A stretch of 64,000 bases of DNA from Marsupella aquatica. Taxonomy: Eukaryota; Plantae; Marchantiophyta. Of this stretch, positions 52,201 to 64,000 are shown in pieces. The stretch covers positions 22,766,558-22,830,557 of the forward strand of contig OZ316895.1 in the NCBI GenBank assembly GCA_973895155.1, written 5' to 3'. Each line of letters begins with the position of its first letter. Positions within the stretch are counted from its first letter, which is position 1. Made by a program: the position numbers and the translations under genes. Under the pieces are notes generated by a model. The model was not told the DNA's origin. It saw only the letters and a program-made list of their open reading frames with translations, and did not search any database.

Positions 52201-54124
52201 GAATCTCTCCAACCAAAGGAGAATCTCGAATCCGCTCCGAAACCGGCCGGGGAGTTAAGTCCTGGGGGCTTATGGAGAGACTACGCACTCTATGGCCCCC
52301 AGCCGAACCACGCGGAGTTGCTCGGCCAGACGATGGTGGCTTGGAAGAGGGCGACGACAAGTTTTCGTTTGAAGTTACTGGGGACGACAAAACCTGGACT
52401 GGTGCAGAAGACTGGACCAGGGAGACTTGAGAAGGTTGAGAGGATCCCGAGCCAAACTTTGACACGGAGAGGGATACTGAAGAAGAAGCTCCCATGGCAC
52501 CGCTTGACAGCTTGTTACTACTCGGTCGGGCCTGCTTCTCATCATAGTCCCAAACAATTGGAGAATACTTACGTTTTTTAGTAGGGCTGCTGCTGCGGTT
52601 GCCTCCTCCGCCACCACCAGGCATCTCTCCTGCTGATGATGGCTTGTTCATATTATTGCTATTATTATTATTCCGGGCATTTCTTGAGTGTAACGACGAC
52701 ATCATCGAAATCGAAACGTCTGGTCGCCAACTGATCTCTTCTACTCTGCGCCCTAAACTCGGCAACTCCCCTGGTTCCATCTCCACATCCTTTCCCGATG
52801 GCAGCCTTGCCGTTCCTGAGCTTCTCATCTCCCCTAAATTATCCGTCTCCTTGTCCAAGACGCCATCACTGACTGGAGACACGGAATTTCGAACAATGGA
52901 CAGACTTACTGAACCGCCAACAGTACCCACGGACGGTGGCCTGCCGAACAATAATGGACTTGGAGCTCGATCTCCTCCCACAACTGCTTCTCCTCCCACA
53001 TGTCGCCGCTGTTGTAGATGCCTGCTGCTACTCAAATCCCTCTCCCTGCTGCTGCTCAAGTCTCTCCCCCTGCTGCTATTTAAGTCCCTCTCCCTGGTAC
53101 TGCTCAAATCTCTCTCCTTCTTGTCTCTCTCCCTCACATCCCGCTCCCTATCCATCTTATCTCCTCCTCGCCCCCTGTCCGAAGACGGCTCCCAATCCCT
53201 ATTTCGGTCGCTACGGTCTTTCTCCTTTCCATATCCTCCTCCACCTGCTCCTTCTCTGCTCTCCCTTGCCGAGAAAGAATCCCTTGCCAATATATCATCC
53301 CTCATAAGATTCCGCGACCTGTAATCCTTCCCTACATCCCTTCCTCCTGCATCCCTCCCTGCGTCCCTTCCTAAATCCCTCCCTGTTTCCCTACCTGCAT
53401 CCCTTGCTCCATCCCTTCCTAAATCCCTTGCTGCATCCCTTCCAGCATCTCTTCCATCATCTCTTCCTCCATCCCTTACGCCATCCCTTACGCCATCCCT
53501 TACAGCATCTCTCCCTGCATCCCTTCCAGCATCTCTTCCTCCACTTCTTCCACCATCTCTTGCATCATCTCTTCCTACATCCCTTAACCCATCTCTTCCT
53601 GCATCTCTGCCAACATCTCTGCCTGCATCCCTTCCTACATCCTTTCCAGCATCCCTGCCCGCAACCCTTCCTACTTCCCTTCCAGCATCTCTGCTTAAGT
53701 CTCTTCCTGCTTCTCTTCCTGCTTCTCTTCCTGCGTCCCTGCCCGAATCCCTTCCGACAACATCTCTGCCACCGTCCCTGACTGTATGATGATTACCACT
53801 GCTATTGACATTGCTTCTATCCCTGTCCCTATCCCTCGCTACATCCCTCGACGAATAACCCTCAGACCTGGACCTTTCCCGGTCTCGGTCCCGATCCCTC
53901 TCAAACGCTTCAAGATCTCTCCCTCCCCCTCCACCAACGCCACCATGATCCCTTTCGCGACCCCCTCCGCCACCGCCCCCGCCTCCGAGTCCAGACGCCG
54001 GTTTATCCCCTCCACCGAGGAAAGAGGCAGACGAAGACGAGGAAATCCTACTCTTCCCTCCCGACGACAGTCCTCCTCCTGCAGCAAGCGACAGCGGTGA
54101 AGTGTGATTTCGTCCTGCTGCCAT
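49229..54124 (-). CDS. CDKG: Cyclin-dependent kinase G (CDK11/PITSLRE class), 7 coding exons
   Basis: Exons 51162-54124, 50825-50953, 50492-50633, 50093-50181, 49812-49923, 49504-49610, 49229-49328. Motifs [67 protein letters not shown]-terminal [12 protein letters not shown]...GGGGLFG*. Confidence 0.96.
53330..53780 (-). repeat. Coding 12-nt repeat encoding (GRD[A/V/G/L])n in the CDKG N-terminus
   Basis: Roughly 35 imperfect tetrapeptide units [16 protein letters not shown]; + strand period-12 pattern catcccttccwg. Confidence 0.92.
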
Positions 54125-54500
54125 CCTGTGCTTTTTCTGCTCCTCTTCTTCCCCTCCTTCTTTCTGCCTTGCCCTACGTCGCCTCGCCTTCGTTCGCCTC
54201 CCTCGCCTCCCCTCGCCTCTCCTCTCCTCCTCGTCTTGTTTTCCCGTCCACGCTTCGAAGTACCGTGATGCGATGCTTCAGAGCCGACGAGAAGCCAACC
54301 TTCGGGACTCGTTTCTTCCAGCTTTTATCGAAGCCGTCTTTCGCTCCCCCACCCTTATGGGTCACGAGCTCATACTGTTGCTCCCCCACCCTTATGGGTC
54401 ACGAGTTCAAAACTGTTGCTCGGACGAATGGAATGTAACGGGTAATGACTGAGTATGGGTTTACTAGACTCTGACCAGTGAGGAAATGCGAAGCTTTTCT

Positions 54501-55141
54501 GAGCTTTGTGGGAAGAGAGGTTTCACACTAGCACCCCAACCCAAGGAGTCATTACCATATGGAATACTTGCCCGGAGCTTTGTGGGAACAGAGGTTTCAC
54601 ACTAGAACCCCAACCCAACGAGTCATTACCATATGGAGTACTTGCCCAGAGCTTTGTGGGAACAGAGGGTTCCAGACTAGAATCCAAAAACAGTCAATAT
54701 CATATGTAATATTTGCCCCTAGCTTAGTGGGAACAGAGTAGCATTGTGGGAACATAGGTTTCATACTAGAACCCCAATCCAAACAGTCATTATCATATGT
54801 AATACCTGGGAAAAAAGATTACAAGGGGAAAGATTTTCCGGGCATAGGGTTATGGAAATGGTAGCACCTAGTAAAAAAGATTACACACTGGTAATCTTTG
54901 TCCCTGACACAACTATGGACTCCACAAATGTGCAGACACATGTTGGCAACATGTCCAACACGGTCATTATCATATGTACTACCTGCGCGGAAAAAAGATT
55001 ACCGGGTAAGACTTTCCATGCACAGGATTATGGAAATGGTAGCACCTAGTAGAAAAGGTTACACACCAGTAACCTTTGTTCCTGACAGGAATTGTGGACT
55101 CCACAAACAAGCAGACACTTGTTGGTGACATGTCCAACACG
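54501..55141. repeat. Tandem arrays upstream of CDKG: 74-bp unit (3-4 copies) then 177-bp unit (2 copies)
   Basis: gagctttgtgggaa.agag...gtcattaccatatgg at 54501, 54575, 54649 and ~54721; gtcattatcatatgta...acatgtccaacacg at 54786 and 54963. Confidence 0.88.
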
Positions 55142-55864
55142 TCTTGCGCTTGTTTGCTCCACTCCACTCCACTTCTGTTGTCGAGACTTGTTGCAACCAG
55201 TTTGCTTACACAAGTAAATGTGGTATCTTAACTAAACCACAACTACTTTTATGAGAGCTACAGGTTACCTTACCCTCATTGCATAGTGTAAACTCTAAAC
55301 TACAGCTACCTGCATAAAAGGGTATGGTTATTTGTAACTCTCATTATATAGTGTACACATTCAGGTATACTAGGAATGAACTTGGCTCCATTTTTTAAGG
55401 TGAGTACACTATTCACTAGGGGACAAATATGAGCAGTAGCCCGGCACAAATGGACCCTTGAACCCTTTCATATGAGCAAGTGTGTTTTAATAGCAATTTT
55501 TATTTTTCACTTTGTAGGTTTAGGAGCATTCTTGGAGTTTAGGAATGGAGAGGGCCATTATGGCACAAAATGTTCTGTGAACATGAATTTTTGATATTTT
55601 TTATGCTCTTCATGAGTTTTCTCTTCCTAGTTTTTGGTGAGATGGGGGCCTTTGCACCTCCATGCATCTGAGTGTATGACCTTGCTAAGATAAATGTACG
55701 GACAAAAAATGGGGCCAAAAAAAAACCTTAAAATTTTTTTACCAAATGTCTTCAAAGGAACAAAAACATATAATTTTGGAAAAGAAAATGGAATTTCTTG
55801 CCATTTGTACTGGACAAACACCCACCCATCTTAGCTGACCTCGCCAAGATGGGGCGTCTATACC

Positions 55865-56210
55865 CCATAGTGAAAACAATTTCAGAAAAATAAAACATTA
55901 TCCCATCCCATAGTGAAAACAATTTCAGAAAAAATAAAATATTATCCTTTAAATTTGAAGAAAAAAAATGCGCCACAATTTGGTGGTCTCTTTGAGATAA
56001 CATAACAATTCATATTAGGCAGATTGATGAAGATGACTAATACCTGATAAGATTAGTTGTCTGGGTGAATTTTGTCCCCGGTGCCTTGGTCTATGGGGTT
56101 CATTTGGTGGTCTCTTTGAGATAACATAACAATTCATATTAGGCAGATTGATGAAGATGACTAATACATCTGGGTGAATTTTGTCCCCGGTGCCTTGGTC
56201 TATGGGGTTC
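55865..56210. repeat. Two adjacent tandem duplications (~43 bp and ~124 bp)
   Basis: ccatagtgaaaacaatttcagaaaaa twice; tttggtggtctctttgagataacataac...gtgccttggtctatggggttc twice. Confidence 0.85.
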
Positions 56211-57480
56211 TCTCCAGAGATAGTGTTGCCTAGCCAAGTTTGTGCCTGACCTATCACCTGGTTCCAAATGTAGCAACATTAGCCTTGATCACCATTAATC
56301 GAAGGGAAAGAGAGAGGTGAGGAAAGAGAGGTGGGGACAAAAGAGTTCCTTGTACAAAAACAAATTCCTGGCTGTTTGGATGCATTGTCCCCTATCTGTG
56401 TTTTGTCATCAAAGAAAGTACTCATTTAGAGGCTTCACTCTAGACAGGAGGCCTTTGAAGCAACTTCCAGTCACGAATGATTTGTCACTCAAAGAAGAGT
56501 CCCATTTCTAGGCTTTCACTCTAGACAGGAGGCCCTTAAGGCAACTGGCAACTACCAGTTGCAAATGATTAGTAAAGATTTACAGGAGGCCGCCAAGTAA
56601 CTCCTGTACATGATTTGGTTGGACCAGCCATGCATCACCACCAGCCAGTGGGGCAACTATGAGCAACCATGGTTTCACTACAGCCGTTAAAACCACCTTG
56701 CTCAGGTTCATGTAGATCTCATGTAGAGTCAACTTTTGGTTGTTGCTCTATATTCTTACGAATCTGGTTATGATATCAAAATTACTGTACCCTGAGGAAC
56801 GGATTCTAGCTCTAACATCCCACCACAACTATATCATCAGAACTAATGTTGCCCTTGGACAGGAGTCAACAATTGTTGAACCGCGCTAATCAACAATTGT
56901 CTTCGGCAAGGAACTTTACTCAAAGAGAAAGTATACATCTCGATAGAAGTCTGTTCCACTTCCCGAAGACACCACCAGCTGTGTCTTCATTCACATCAGA
57001 CACCCCAGAAAAGAACTCCAAAAGGATATTATAATCAGGACATAAGGAACTCTGTTTCCAATAGCTCCCAATTCTGGTACACAAATCACATATACATAAC
57101 CCCAAAAACAAATTGAACTCAAATTAAGGATACATGCGAGCTGCTGGAGACCCACAGTTGCCAAGAGCACCACTTGACAGATGACTTCGACTGAAGGGTT
57201 CCCAGAATCCTAGAGTCCTCGGAGTCAGCAGTTACCAGTCCAAGAACCAAGCAATTATATGACCAATATTTGCTCAGAACAACTTAGCTAATTAACATGA
57301 AGGCCTCCAGTCTGGATGGACGTATTGACGTAACCCTGCAACAGGTCCTCCCCCTTACCTTCCAGAGCCTACAAACTGAGTATACCAAGAGCCTAGAAAT
57401 TCAGCATACCAAGATTACATAATGGCAACCTCAAGAGAGTCATCGTAAGGTCAAAAATTCCTAGAAAAACAGAATTCTTC

Positions 57481-60400
57481 CTAGGCTGCTGGTTCCTCTT
57501 GCTGCTGGGGTTTTGGCTTAGAATAAGTATCAACGTTAGATGACCGTCTCCAGGAGTCCACACCCTCGTCCTTAGGAGCACCATAGCTGGGTCGTTCAGA
57601 TCTATCAGATCCAAATGCGCTCCGAACACTGGGGCGGCTAGCTCCACCCCTACTCCAGCGGTCCTCAGCTCCTCTTTCACTCCTGTCACCTCCAAACGGC
57701 TTTGCACGCTCTGGTTCTCTATCACGGTCTGCAAAACGATCTGCAAACCTTCCAACGGTTGGTCGTTGTGGTGGAGGTGCGTCGCCACCATATGCTGCTG
57801 TCTCACGACGCACAGGTGGTTCGTAACGACCAGTAGTTCGTTGAGGTGGCTGATACTTCCCAGGGGCAGCACCCTCCGCTGGCACAGCCGGCTGCTCACG
57901 TTCCGGTTCTGCCTGTCGTTCAGGTCGTTGCCACTTGTCACCATCATCCCTGGGGCCCAACCCACGGTTGGCACTGAAAGGTGCAGGCCTTCGTTCGTCT
58001 GATGGTGGTAGACTGTCCCTGACCCGTGAATCAGGCTCTTCAGTTCTCTTGCGGAGCGAGGAAGGAACGAATCGACCAGGTTTTCCGTCATCTGATTTCC
58101 CAGACAAGATAGCCTCTCTTTCTTTCTTGGCACGTTCCTCGGCATCAGCTTCTATTTGCCTCTGTCTGGCGGCAATTTCATCATATTTTGCACGACGCTC
58201 GGCTTCTTCCTGTTTCCTCCGCTCCTCCTCTGAACATAATACATGTTAGGTCAAGCTTAGAAAGAGTGGTTCAATGAATTGTAAAGCCCTACGAAAGAGT
58301 AGGTCGATGAATTGTAAACCCCGTTGCACAAAAAGGAGCCTCTAACAGAAAAGTCTAGAGTGGAGACATCTGCCCGAAAAGAAACCTCTGACAGAAATGT
58401 CCTTTCGTGCATGCAGGCATATTGTTGCATTGCAGTAGATGAAGCTTTTCGCTCAGGAAAGGAAAATTACAACAAACAACTATTAGAAGCAAAGGCGCAA
58501 AGTACCTTCTCTTTTCCGTGCTTCCTCCTCTTCCTTGATTTTCAGAAGACGAGCCTCCTCTTGCTGTCGGTAATATTCCATCTTTCGGCGCCTCTCACAA
58601 TCCAAGTGTCGTGAAAGTCTCATCTCGGCCAGCCTCTCCTCTCTTTCCTTCAGCAGCTTCTCAAACTCACCTTGTCGGCGGCCTACCACTTGCGCTTGGA
58701 ACACATTCTGCACAACACATATTCTATACAATGAGCATCGGCTCCGAGACGAAAATTATTGAGATATAAAAACGACGCACACATAAATCTATACAAATGA
58801 CCAACATAGGAAAATTAGTGAATCAGAATCCCAAGTTTCATGAAAATTACCTTATCATCCACCATTTTGAGAAGCCTATTCTTCTCAATCAAATCCTCAG
58901 CATGCTGTTTCCGACTCTGGTCGATCATTTGCTGCACAATTCATAAAAGGAAATTCCCTCAATCACGATTCGTTCAGGTTTTGAATACACAAGAACATTC
59001 TCGATCAAACTAATACGGCTCATTTCCATAACCAATCCTTGAAACTGGCGGCATCTCCTCGCCAGCACCACGGTACCATCTCGTAACTCGTCCCAAGAAA
59101 GTGTTAAATTACGGGTCACTTCAAATATCACAAAGCTAGTTGTAGCGAACGAGGGTAGGATGTGAGCAAACCTCCTGTTGCTGGGCATAGAAAACTTCAT
59201 CATCAACGAGCCGCTTCTGATAAGCAGCCTCTATCAGTGGCCTCTCTTCCTCTCGCTTAGCTCGCTCCAAATAATCCATGGTCTTGGAAAGCTTCTGTAG
59301 TTTCCGTTCCATCTCCTGCCTCTCTTTCATTTGCTCGGTCAAAGCCTCTTCCATCAGAATCTGCTTTGTCAACTTCGTAACCTCCTGAACCACAAAATTG
59401 CAAGGCTTGCTAGGATCAATTGCATCAAACTGACATAAAAAGAAACACATGCTTGCGATAGCACCAAGTAGAATCGAATTTACTTGCCAAGTGGGAACGG
59501 TCTGAGCTTCACTTACTCCATCTGCAGCAACCTTCTTTCCTTTCTTCCCCTTCCTCTTTTCTGCCTCTGCAAGCAATAATCGAGCTTCCTCCAGATCCTT
59601 CTCTTCAATTTCTTTCCTAATTCTGGCTTCCTCACGCCTTGCAGACTCGTTAGCTAATCTCTTTGCTTCAGCCTCTTCTGTAAGGCGGAGCTGCTTGAGC
59701 CTCTTTGACTCTTCCTCCCGCTCCTGAGATATTGTCAGAACGGAAACAATTCAATGAGAATCGAGAATCCCAAGAGGCAAGAGGGTGCACCAAGCCATAG
59801 CTTTGAAGTAAAATCTTGCACTACTAGTATCACCACTACTCGACTCACCATCTCGAGCATCTGCCGTTCTTGTTCTTCCTTGCGCCTTTCAATGAGAACC
59901 TTCCGGGCAAGTAGCTTCTTGTGTTCTTTCTCAATCTTCTCCTGAAGATCAGCAGGTGCCAAAGTCTGTTTCGACACCTTCTCGACTGGAGCAGGCTGAA
60001 TAAGGGACAAAGCCTTGTTCAACCTCTTGGCCAGGATAGTCAGCTGATTTTTCACCTTGTCGGACTCTAGGTCCTGCAAGACACGGGTTCTCAGTAACGA
60101 CAGATGAACCATTCGAAACCAAACTTTCACGACAATGTAGGGGTCAGAAGTTGGCCAGAACAAGCCACAGCACTGACAGCTTCATCACAGTTCTTCCAAA
60201 GTCAGTTTAGAAAGCGTGCCCCACAAAGATTGTACTGAAAGCAATATACAGCAAGAGAGTGCTTCTTGTCATTCCAGTTGCAAGTATGTTTAAGGTATAC
60301 CTGGTTGCCGACATGAACAATGCCATTCAGGTGGTCAATTTTGATATGAAGATAATTAAACTTGACAGCGTCCACTGCAAGCTTCTCAACCAACGAAAAC

Positions 60401-63111
60401 TCAAAGAAGGGAATCATCTTCGTGAGGGTGGATATCTTCGTTGTCTGATACACTTGGGACACCTGGTCCACAACCGCAAAAAAATCCTCAGTTAATAACC
60501 ACCAACAACCCTAACGCTCATGGGCTGCCTTGTAGAATGAGAAATACTGAGAATTTCGACGTATACCTGTTGCAGTACTCTCAGCGTGGTCAGCTTCTCC
60601 AAGGCAGGAACATATTGCTCCAACTGAACTTCGGGAACTGGGGAAGCAGTAGACAGCTTGTCGCTCAACTTCGACAACCGCCCGAGCAAAGGTTGTGCTT
60701 TGGCAGCCAGGTCAAGGGGATGAAATTCGTTTTCAAGCAAGTTAAACAGGTCCTTCACATCTTGTGGAACGTAAGTCATTACACCCTTCGTCACCTGCAG
60801 AGAAAGTCCCCGATCAGTTCGAAAAACGGATATCCGGAGAATAGCACATACCATACCAGAGGACAACTGAAAACCAACATCCAATGCTTCACAAGGAAGC
60901 GTGGCGTATCTACACCAAGTTCCCAATCATCCAACCCAGTCATGGCATGTGAGAACAAACAGAATTGACTCTTTACAACGTGTTTGTAATTTAGGGCACA
61001 ACTGAAACATGAGCTTACCAGTTCCGAGAGAAGAGCCCCCCGAGAAAGCTGCGGAAAGACAAGAAAGACAATAAGTACTTACTCTACTGAAACGAAGCAG
61101 GGAATCAACGCAAAGCTAAAAAAAAAAGGACATGCGGCAAGTGATCGTAGTACTCACAACTTCTCTCGCATCCCTCTTAGGGTCCAAGGTAAAACCTAAC
61201 AGGTTCGCCATGCGCACGTTGCGATCTTTCTCCATCTCCAATTCAAAGTGGTGGGCTCCATGCTTTCTGTCATATGGCGTGACAGAAAGAGTTGCAAGCA
61301 AGACCGATGACGCCATCAACTGAAGGTCTTTCTGGGTGAGATTTTTATTGTAACTTTTCTGAAGGTTGTACAACTTGTACCAGGCATACGCATGAAACAA
61401 ATGACTCTCCGAAACCCAGAAAATCTTCGTGAGTTTGGCATAATATATAGCCATCATTTGTGGCTTCGGACTCTTCTTGACCATCGTCATCAGCCCGTGG
61501 ATGTCTTCGATTGAACGAAAAGCTTCCTGTATATCCAAAAACCAAACGCATAAACTATCCATCATCACTCACACCAATGCAAAAAATTGATTACTAGATC
61601 CGGAAAGTTTTGAAGAAACTTCAACTCTGTTTGTTTCGAACACAAAGTTCATTTAGAATGCATCTTACCTACTGCCCGATGTGGAATGGCAACAATCAAT
61701 AAGCCGTGAGAGACAAGACAGGAAGTGAAGAAATTCATTCAATCAGAGAATTTTTCAATTTAATACACACCTGCCATAACTCGAGCTCAGTGGCAACCTT
61801 CAGCTGCTCAAACCTGGTCTCAAGATACAGCTGCAAACTCTCAGGTTGAGAGAGATCAGGCCTGTCCCTCTGATCCCTGTATTTATTTAAGTTCGTCAGG
61901 TGGTTACGCAGGATCTCACACAACCGGCGGAACTCGGTGGTGCGCTTATATTGAAGACAGAACTGGAATGCCCTGTGAGCAGTCATGGCGTAGAGAGATT
62001 CTAGTTTGGAGTTATTTCGCAATATCTCCAACACAGTCCGATACGTTTCCCACAAGAACTTGAACCAAGGCGTCACGAGCTCACGGTCAGATCGCTCCTT
62101 CCCTTTCTCTCCGCTGACATAGCTGAGCATCAAATCCTCCGGCCTCTTCTCGGCTTCTAGATCTTCTATGTCCAAAGTTACCTCTAGCGCCTGAGCCTGA
62201 GCTTGCTCTGCTCTCTCGCTGGAGAGCTTCAGAAAATACTTGATGACCTCCTCCAGAGATCCGACATTCACTTGCTGGCAGACAATACGGTACTGAATGA
62301 GCCCGTCCTTGGCAAACCTGCCTTTCTTCATATCCACGCACAGCTCTACATACTTGAACATGATCCTTTCCAAAGTCTTCTGCCATGTTCTGTATCTCTT
62401 GCTGGTGATCAAATCGTGCAGCGCTTGCAGTGCAGCCTGCTTCTGCCCGACGTTCATCAACTCTGTACCCACGTAGATTTCCCACAATCATCGCATCAGT
62501 TACACCTTCCATCTCTGGATTCATATCGACATCCCGTATCTCGATCACCGGCCCCACGAACAAGTCAAGACCATTCTCGAGTAGACCTTCACACTGAAGA
62601 AATCCTAGACAGGACAAATTTCCAGTAACGAGACACTCTCATAACCTAGGAAACTGCCCCCATCTATAACAACCCAAAATATGACCAGATCACCAACCAA
62701 AAAGAAAAACCTTCAGCTAAACCTTCAGAGCGGGAATTTCCCAATCATGCATGCACTCACAAACGTTCGAAAACTGCCTACATCTGATGACAGAAAATCA
62801 CTAAAACATGGCGACGAAACCATCGAAACATCACCAACACAACGAACCTAACGGATCACGACACCGAACCAGTCATGCAGTAAACTATAATGCATCGACA
62901 CACTTCAGCGACAGAACCAAAGAAAGCGACGCTCTACAAACTGAAAGGGCCGAGAACACCAAACTCGCACCAAAACCTAATCGGAACAGCAGAGAAGAAG
63001 AAGAACAATGAAAAGAACACGGTTCTCACAACGCCAATCGACAGAATCACAAAATCTGCACTCACCTTCGGCACGCTTGAGCGCATTCTCGGGCTTCGCA
63101 AAGGTCGCCAT
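57481..63111 (-). CDS. TIF3A1: Eukaryotic translation initiation factor 3 subunit A, 12 exons
   Basis: Exons 63066-63111, 61771-62462, 61158-61526, 61019-61048, 60567-60794, 60301-60462, 59849-60073, 59517-59723, 59172-59384, 58851-58931, 58506-58707, 57481-58229. [72 protein letters not shown] region, coiled coil and RD/RG-rich tail. Confidence 0.97.
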
Positions 63112-63959
63112 GGTGGAAATCTCCTTCGGCTCCGACGAGCCACAGCGCAATCGCGCGAGTCAGATGTGTGAAGATCAGTCTAGAGCAAAGCGAGGCCTCT
63201 CCCACAGAAACCTCCTGTTCGTCCAGCAGAGTAGGAAAGACGGTAACAGGGTGATGGACGGTGAGCCTCTCCCCGTAACCCTAAACGCCGTAACCCTGAA
63301 AGCCTGAGGGAGAGTCTCTCTATATACTCCAACCAAAATACTCTACTTATGGTTTTATAAACGTGCCCAGATGCGCGTAGACGATTGAAGAGCTTGTTGT
63401 GGCACTATTTCTCAGATCTCACATTTTCTCCTTATTGTCTGAGCTTCACTTCGGCATTGTGATGGGCCCAGAAGGTGTTCTGTGAACAGGCTGTCGAACT
63501 GGTATGAATTCTAAATATTTTGAGCTTATTGTAACCACATAGCCTTGGTCACGGGCCTGGGTTTTTTATTTACACTCTATGTGCATTGTTTGCAAGAGTG
63601 ATGTCCAGATTGAAAGGCAATCTTGGAGAGGTAGGGAGACATGGCTTTCTAAAGCATATCAATTGTGGCAATTTCTTCTCCACCCAGAGGAAAAGGCTGC
63701 CCCCACTTCTCTAGTCAATTGCCCCTCTCAGCTTCACTATTAGAAATGGAAGAGTCGACAACAGCTTCATGAGAAGTTTTGCAAGTCTGAGCCAATGGAT
63801 GATGGGAAGACTGATGGAACTCTATGTAGGTTTTCCAGTGGAGACTTGGCCTTGTGCCTCTTTGTACCCGTTTGGGCTGGTCCTGGTTTTATTGACTTGC
63901 ATCTCTCCACATTTTCCCAAAAAACAAAAGATGGGAAGACTGATATCATAGCACACACA

Positions 63960-63986
63960 CCAAAACAAAACAAAACAAAACAAAAA
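63960..63986. repeat. (CAAAA)5 microsatellite
   Basis: Pentanucleotide run at the right edge. Confidence 0.85.
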
Positions 63987-64000
63987 CCACCACCACCAAA

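Noticed and set aside
52599-54100. Long + strand ORFs (241, 125, 123, 104 aa)
   Set aside because: Antisense shadows of the low-complexity CDKG exon 1.
54501-54790. CRISPR-like regular repeats (also 26557-27188 and 31846-32195)
   Set aside because: Whole units repeat without unique spacers, no cas genes, eukaryotic context; these are tandem repeats.
57393-58145. 250-aa minus ORF overlapping the eIF3a last exon
   Set aside because: Alternative frame; splice phase and composition support the frame ending at 57481.

Overview
Eukaryotic nuclear DNA from a land plant, probably a non-seed plant such as a liverwort (inference from gene content, short GT-AG introns and protein divergence). Exon structures were reconstructed by hand for eight protein-coding loci: the 5' exon of a DEAD-box helicase RH50-like gene running off the left edge (-), chloroplast GAPDH subunit B (-), a conserved plant protein that reads as a degenerate ApgM-type phosphoglycerate mutase (+), the RNA polymerase I A49 subunit (+), an organic cation/carnitine MFS transporter (+), a stand-alone RPA70 N-terminal OB-domain ORF (+), a CDKG/CDK11 kinase with a long (GRDx)n tract (-) and eIF3a (-). 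Intergenic DNA holds Copia-type solo LTRs with target-site duplications, a decayed chromodomain Ty3/Gypsy integrase, TIR and Helitron remnants and many tandem duplications. The strongest leads are (1) a run of about ten non-coding exons, several only 7-28 nt, directly downstream of the CDKG stop codon, a candidate splicing/NMD autoregulatory or small-RNA host module; (2) the RPA70N-only gene converging on it; (3) the ApgM-like pseudoenzyme. All homology calls rest on recalled family motifs; no searches were run.
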